Shown: positions 60,777 to 63,443 of the stretch, one piece after another
How the letters are laid out: every line of letters begins with the position of its first letter
Position numbering within the stretch: the stretch's first letter is position 1
Origin: Myxococcota bacterium
GTDB taxonomy: Bacteria > Myxococcota_A > UBA796
Reading direction: 5' to 3'
DNA length: 63,443 nucleotides
Assembly (NCBI GenBank): GCA_036156175.1
Contig: JAYZVA010000058.1
Span: 1 to 63,443, forward strand
Notes under the pieces: generated by a model
The model's database searches: none
What the model saw: the letters and a program-made list of their open reading frames with translations, nothing else
Told to the model about the DNA's origin: nothing
Position numbers and translations under genes: made by a program

Positions 60777-61496
60777 GTGCTGACCCACGTCAGAGCCATC
60801 TACCGACGCGAACTGTCGAGCTACTTCGACTCACCGCTGGCCTACATCGTGATCCCGATGTTCCTCATTCTCGTGGGCGGGTTCTCCCTGTTCTTTCAAG
60901 ACCTGCTCGGCGGCGGCATCGCCACGATGCGGCCCGTGTTCTTCTGGGCCAGTGTGTTCATGTTGATGCTCATTCCAGCAGTCACCATGCGGTTGTTTGC
61001 CGAGGAACACCGAACGGGAAGCATCGAGTTGTTGGTCACGATGCCGGTCAGCGAAGCATCGGTGGTCCTTGGCAAGTTCCTGGCGGCATTCTCGTTGGTG
61101 TGCGTCGCAATCGCCCTCACGCTGACGTATCCGCTGACCTTGGCGTTGCTCTCCGACATGGATCCGGGTCCGGTCGTGGGCGGCTACATCGGTTTGTTCG
61201 GGCTGGGCGCAGCGTTCACCGCGATTGGAACCGCCGCCAGCGTGGGCACGCGGAACCAAATTGTGGCATTTCTGCTCGCATTGGCCGTCTCATTGGTTCC
61301 CTTCGCCAGTGGGTTTGCGCTCGGCCAAGTGCCCGCGGGCCTGCTGCCGCTCGTCCAATTTTTGTCGTTTGAAGCCCACTTCAACAACCTTGCACGGGGT
61401 GTCATCGACACCCGAGACCTCGTGTTCTACGGGTCCACAGTGGGCCTGTTCCTCCACCTCGCGGTGTTTGGACTGGAGCGGAGGCGACTTCAGTGA
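60777..61496 (+). CDS. ABC transporter permease, GldF-like
   Basis: RRELSSYFDSPLAY, PAVTMRLFAEEHRTGSIELLVTMP, LGKFLA, RGVIDTRD. Confidence 0.9.
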   Translation: MLTHVRAIYRRELSSYFDSPLAYIVIPMFLILVGGFSLFFQDLLGGGIATMRPVFFWASVFMLMLIPAVTMRLFAEEHRTGSIELLVTMPVSEASVVLGKFLAAFSLVCVAIALTLTYPLTLALLSDMDPGPVVGGYIGLFGLGAAFTAIGTAASVGTRNQIVAFLLALAVSLVPFASGFALGQVPAGLLPLVQFLSFEAHFNNLARGVIDTRDLVFYGSTVGLFLHLAVFGLERRRLQ

Positions 61497-63298
61497 GGAG
61501 CATTCGCACGCACCTGCTCTTCAACGCGCGCCTTCAGGTGGTGTTGGTCCTGGTTGTCATCGTGGCGCTGAACGTGTGGTCCAGCCATCGGTTTGCACGG
61601 CTGGACCTGACTCGGGGCAACGTGCACAGCCTGGCGACCACCACAAAGCGACTGGTGAGTGACCTCGATAAGCCGCTTGTGGCCAAGGTGTACTTCACCG
61701 CGGGCCTGCAAGCGCCCTACAACAATCATGAACAAACCGTCCTTGATGTGCTCAACGAGCTCTCGGCCTATGCGCAGGGACGCATGCGCATCGAGCTCAT
61801 CGATCCGACGGGTGATGCCGAGGCGATTGCGGCGGCTCGTCAGTTTGGAATCGCACCGATCGACTACCGGTACCGCACCGATGGCTTGAGCGAACTTCGC
61901 AAAGTCATGATGGGCGTCGCGCTGATCTACGGCGACCGCCAGGCCTCGATCCCCGCCATTACTCAGCTGGAGACCGTCGAGTACGATGTCGCAAAGGCGC
62001 TGAGGGAACTCACATCCGACGAACCGAAGAAGGTGATCGGCTACACAGTCGGAAACGGCGAGCCGAACCTCGGCACCGCCCGAGGACCGCTGGAAACCCT
62101 TCGAAACACGCTCACCGAACGCTATTCCTTTGTGCCGGTCGAAGTGGGTGGGGCGGTCGGCGTTCCCGACGAAGTGGATGCACTGTGGGTGGTCGGACCG
62201 CAACGACAGCTTTCGGACCGGGCGGTCTACCACCTCGACCAGTTCTTGATGCGGGGCGGAAGTCTGGGGCTGTTCGTGACGAACGTTCGGGGCGACATTC
62301 GGTCGGGTGCGCCGCGCGCAGTCCGCCACGGAATGGACGATTGGATGGCGTCTCTTGGCGTCACCGTGCGCCGCGACACGATCATCGATCGAAAGCGCAA
62401 CGGAGTGGTCCGCATGCCGGTCCGTCAGGGTCGCTATGTGATTCAGATGCCCGTCAACTTTGCCCTGATTCCCCGGGTGTCTGAACTGGCAAGCGATCAC
62501 CCGGTTGTGGGTTCGATTCATTCGCTGCTGTTTCCGTACGCCAGCTCCATCGATGTGAGCGATACCGCGAGTGCCACCGCCACCATTCTGGCCCGCACAT
62601 CCCTGTCTGCAACCCGAATGGAGAACATCCCCAGCGTGGCGCCGAAGGCGTTCAGCCAAACCTTCGAAAACGAGGAGACCGGAGGTGACTGGCCGGTGAT
62701 GGTCTCCATGGTGGGCGCGTTCGAGAGTCACTTTGCTGCCGCCGGAATTCCCGCTCCGGACCGGCCCGGCATCGACACCTCCGAAGACGACCCGTCCGCG
62801 CACTTGACGGAGAGCGAACCGGCGCGATTGGTGGTCACCGGATCGTCGGACTTCGTGGCCAACAACGTCCCGTTGATGGTCAACCTGGCCGACTGGATGG
62901 TGCAAGACAGCACGCTCATTGAGATCCGGTCCAAGACGCTTGCACCGCCGCCCCTCGACCCGCTGACGGACGAACAAGCCACAATCATTCGCCTCGCCAA
63001 CCTGTTTGGCGGCGCGCTGATCATCTTGGTGCTCGGACTGGCGCGTCGAGCCTTCCGCGCGCCACCGCCAAAGATCCGAACGCCGGCCGATGACGTCTTG
63101 GACTTGGCGGCGAAGAAACGCCGGCCGTTCGACGACGAAATCGACGATCGGCCCACGATGCAGCGGGCGGAGCCCGAGCCGGAGCCCGAGCCAGTACCCG
63201 AGCCCGAGCCCGAGCCAGAACCCGAGCCCGAGCCCCAGCCCGAGCCCGATCCCGAGCCCGAGCCCGAGCACGAACCCGAATCCGATCCCGAACCCTAA
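61493..63298 (+). CDS. GldG-family ABC auxiliary protein (3' end possibly chimeric)
   Basis: RLDLTRG..HSL, EYDVA, GNGEP, LDQFLMRGG, NLADWM...IRSK, C-terminal TM, then an EP-repeat tail. Confidence 0.85.
   Translation: MRSIRTHLLFNARLQVVLVLVVIVALNVWSSHRFARLDLTRGNVHSLATTTKRLVSDLDKPLVAKVYFTAGLQAPYNNHEQTVLDVLNELSAYAQGRMRIELIDPTGDAEAIAAARQFGIAPIDYRYRTDGLSELRKVMMGVALIYGDRQASIPAITQLETVEYDVAKALRELTSDEPKKVIGYTVGNGEPNLGTARGPLETLRNTLTERYSFVPVEVGGAVGVPDEVDALWVVGPQRQLSDRAVYHLDQFLMRGGSLGLFVTNVRGDIRSGAPRAVRHGMDDWMASLGVTVRRDTIIDRKRNGVVRMPVRQGRYVIQMPVNFALIPRVSELASDHPVVGSIHSLLFPYASSIDVSDTASATATILARTSLSATRMENIPSVAPKAFSQTFENEETGGDWPVMVSMVGAFESHFAAAGIPAPDRPGIDTSEDDPSAHLTESEPARLVVTGSSDFVANNVPLMVNLADWMVQDSTLIEIRSKTLAPPPLDPLTDEQATIIRLANLFGGALIILVLGLARRAFRAPPPKIRTPADDVLDLAAKKRRPFDDEIDDRPTMQRAEPEPEPEPVPEPEPEPEPEPEPQPEPDPEPEPEHEPESDPEP
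63170..63295 (+). repeat. Degenerate (GAGCCC)n hexamer array encoding a Glu-Pro tail
   Basis: About 21 units directly visible. Confidence 0.9.
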
Positions 63299-63353
63299 CC
63301 CTAACCCTAGCCCTAACCCTAACCCCAGCCCCAACCCCAACCCCAGCCCTCAG
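63293..63353 (+). repeat. Telomere-like C-rich array (CCCTAA/CCCTAG/CCCCAA/CCCCAG)
   Basis: Ten hexamers, four of them exact CCCTAA (TTAGGG on the minus strand), ending in CAG. Confidence 0.9.
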
Positions 63354-63407
63354 CAGGAGCGCGGGCGCGAGGCGCTGCGCCAGAAGAAGATCGCCACCAC
63401 GGCGCTC

Positions 63408-63443
63408 GGGCTAGGGCTAGGGCTAGGGCTAGGGCTAGGGCTA
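63408..63443 (+). repeat. Telomere-like G-rich array (GGGCTA)6 running to the window end
   Basis: Six perfect copies, in opposite orientation to 63293-63353. Confidence 0.92.

Noticed and set aside
63293..63443. Genuine telomere of a linear bacterial replicon
   Set aside because: Known bacterial telomeres are hairpins or protein-capped inverted repeats rather than TTAGGG arrays, and the arrays here are degenerate and interrupted by an exon-like segment.

Overview
High-GC, densely packed bacterial chromosome segment, most likely from a Myxococcota-type organism (inferred from the DUF1592/DUF1552 pair, the gldF/gldG-like genes and the many FG-GAP/ASPIC/NHL lipoproteins). Housekeeping genes (mtgA, pntAB, rfbB, purF, pyrC, def-fmt-rpe-tRNA-Pro, acyl-CoA dehydrogenase, desaturase) are mixed with about 12 lipoproteins, four GT-C-like polytopic membrane proteins, a GT2, a flippase-like protein, a sulfotransferase, two B12-dependent radical SAM enzymes and a DegT aminotransferase/radical SAM pair. 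No CRISPR array, integrase or transposase was seen. Main observations: (1) two unlinked orphan genes (26156-27394 and 40649-42313) share a 33-nt ungapped upstream motif and a register-conserved N-terminal leader (MS[DE]xSRR...S29-N30...E35), suggesting a co-regulated set of exported effector-like proteins; (2) a recurrent D-[S/T]-G motif in lipoprotein tethers, alongside dispersed GT-C-like machinery, suggests a protein O-glycosylation system; (3) a Bacillus FadR-type operator sits before the acyl-CoA dehydrogenase; (4) the first gene is compositionally mosaic; (5) the last ~150 nt are eukaryote-type telomere-like repeats, probably a chimeric assembly join. All calls come from reading motifs by eye; no database searches were run.
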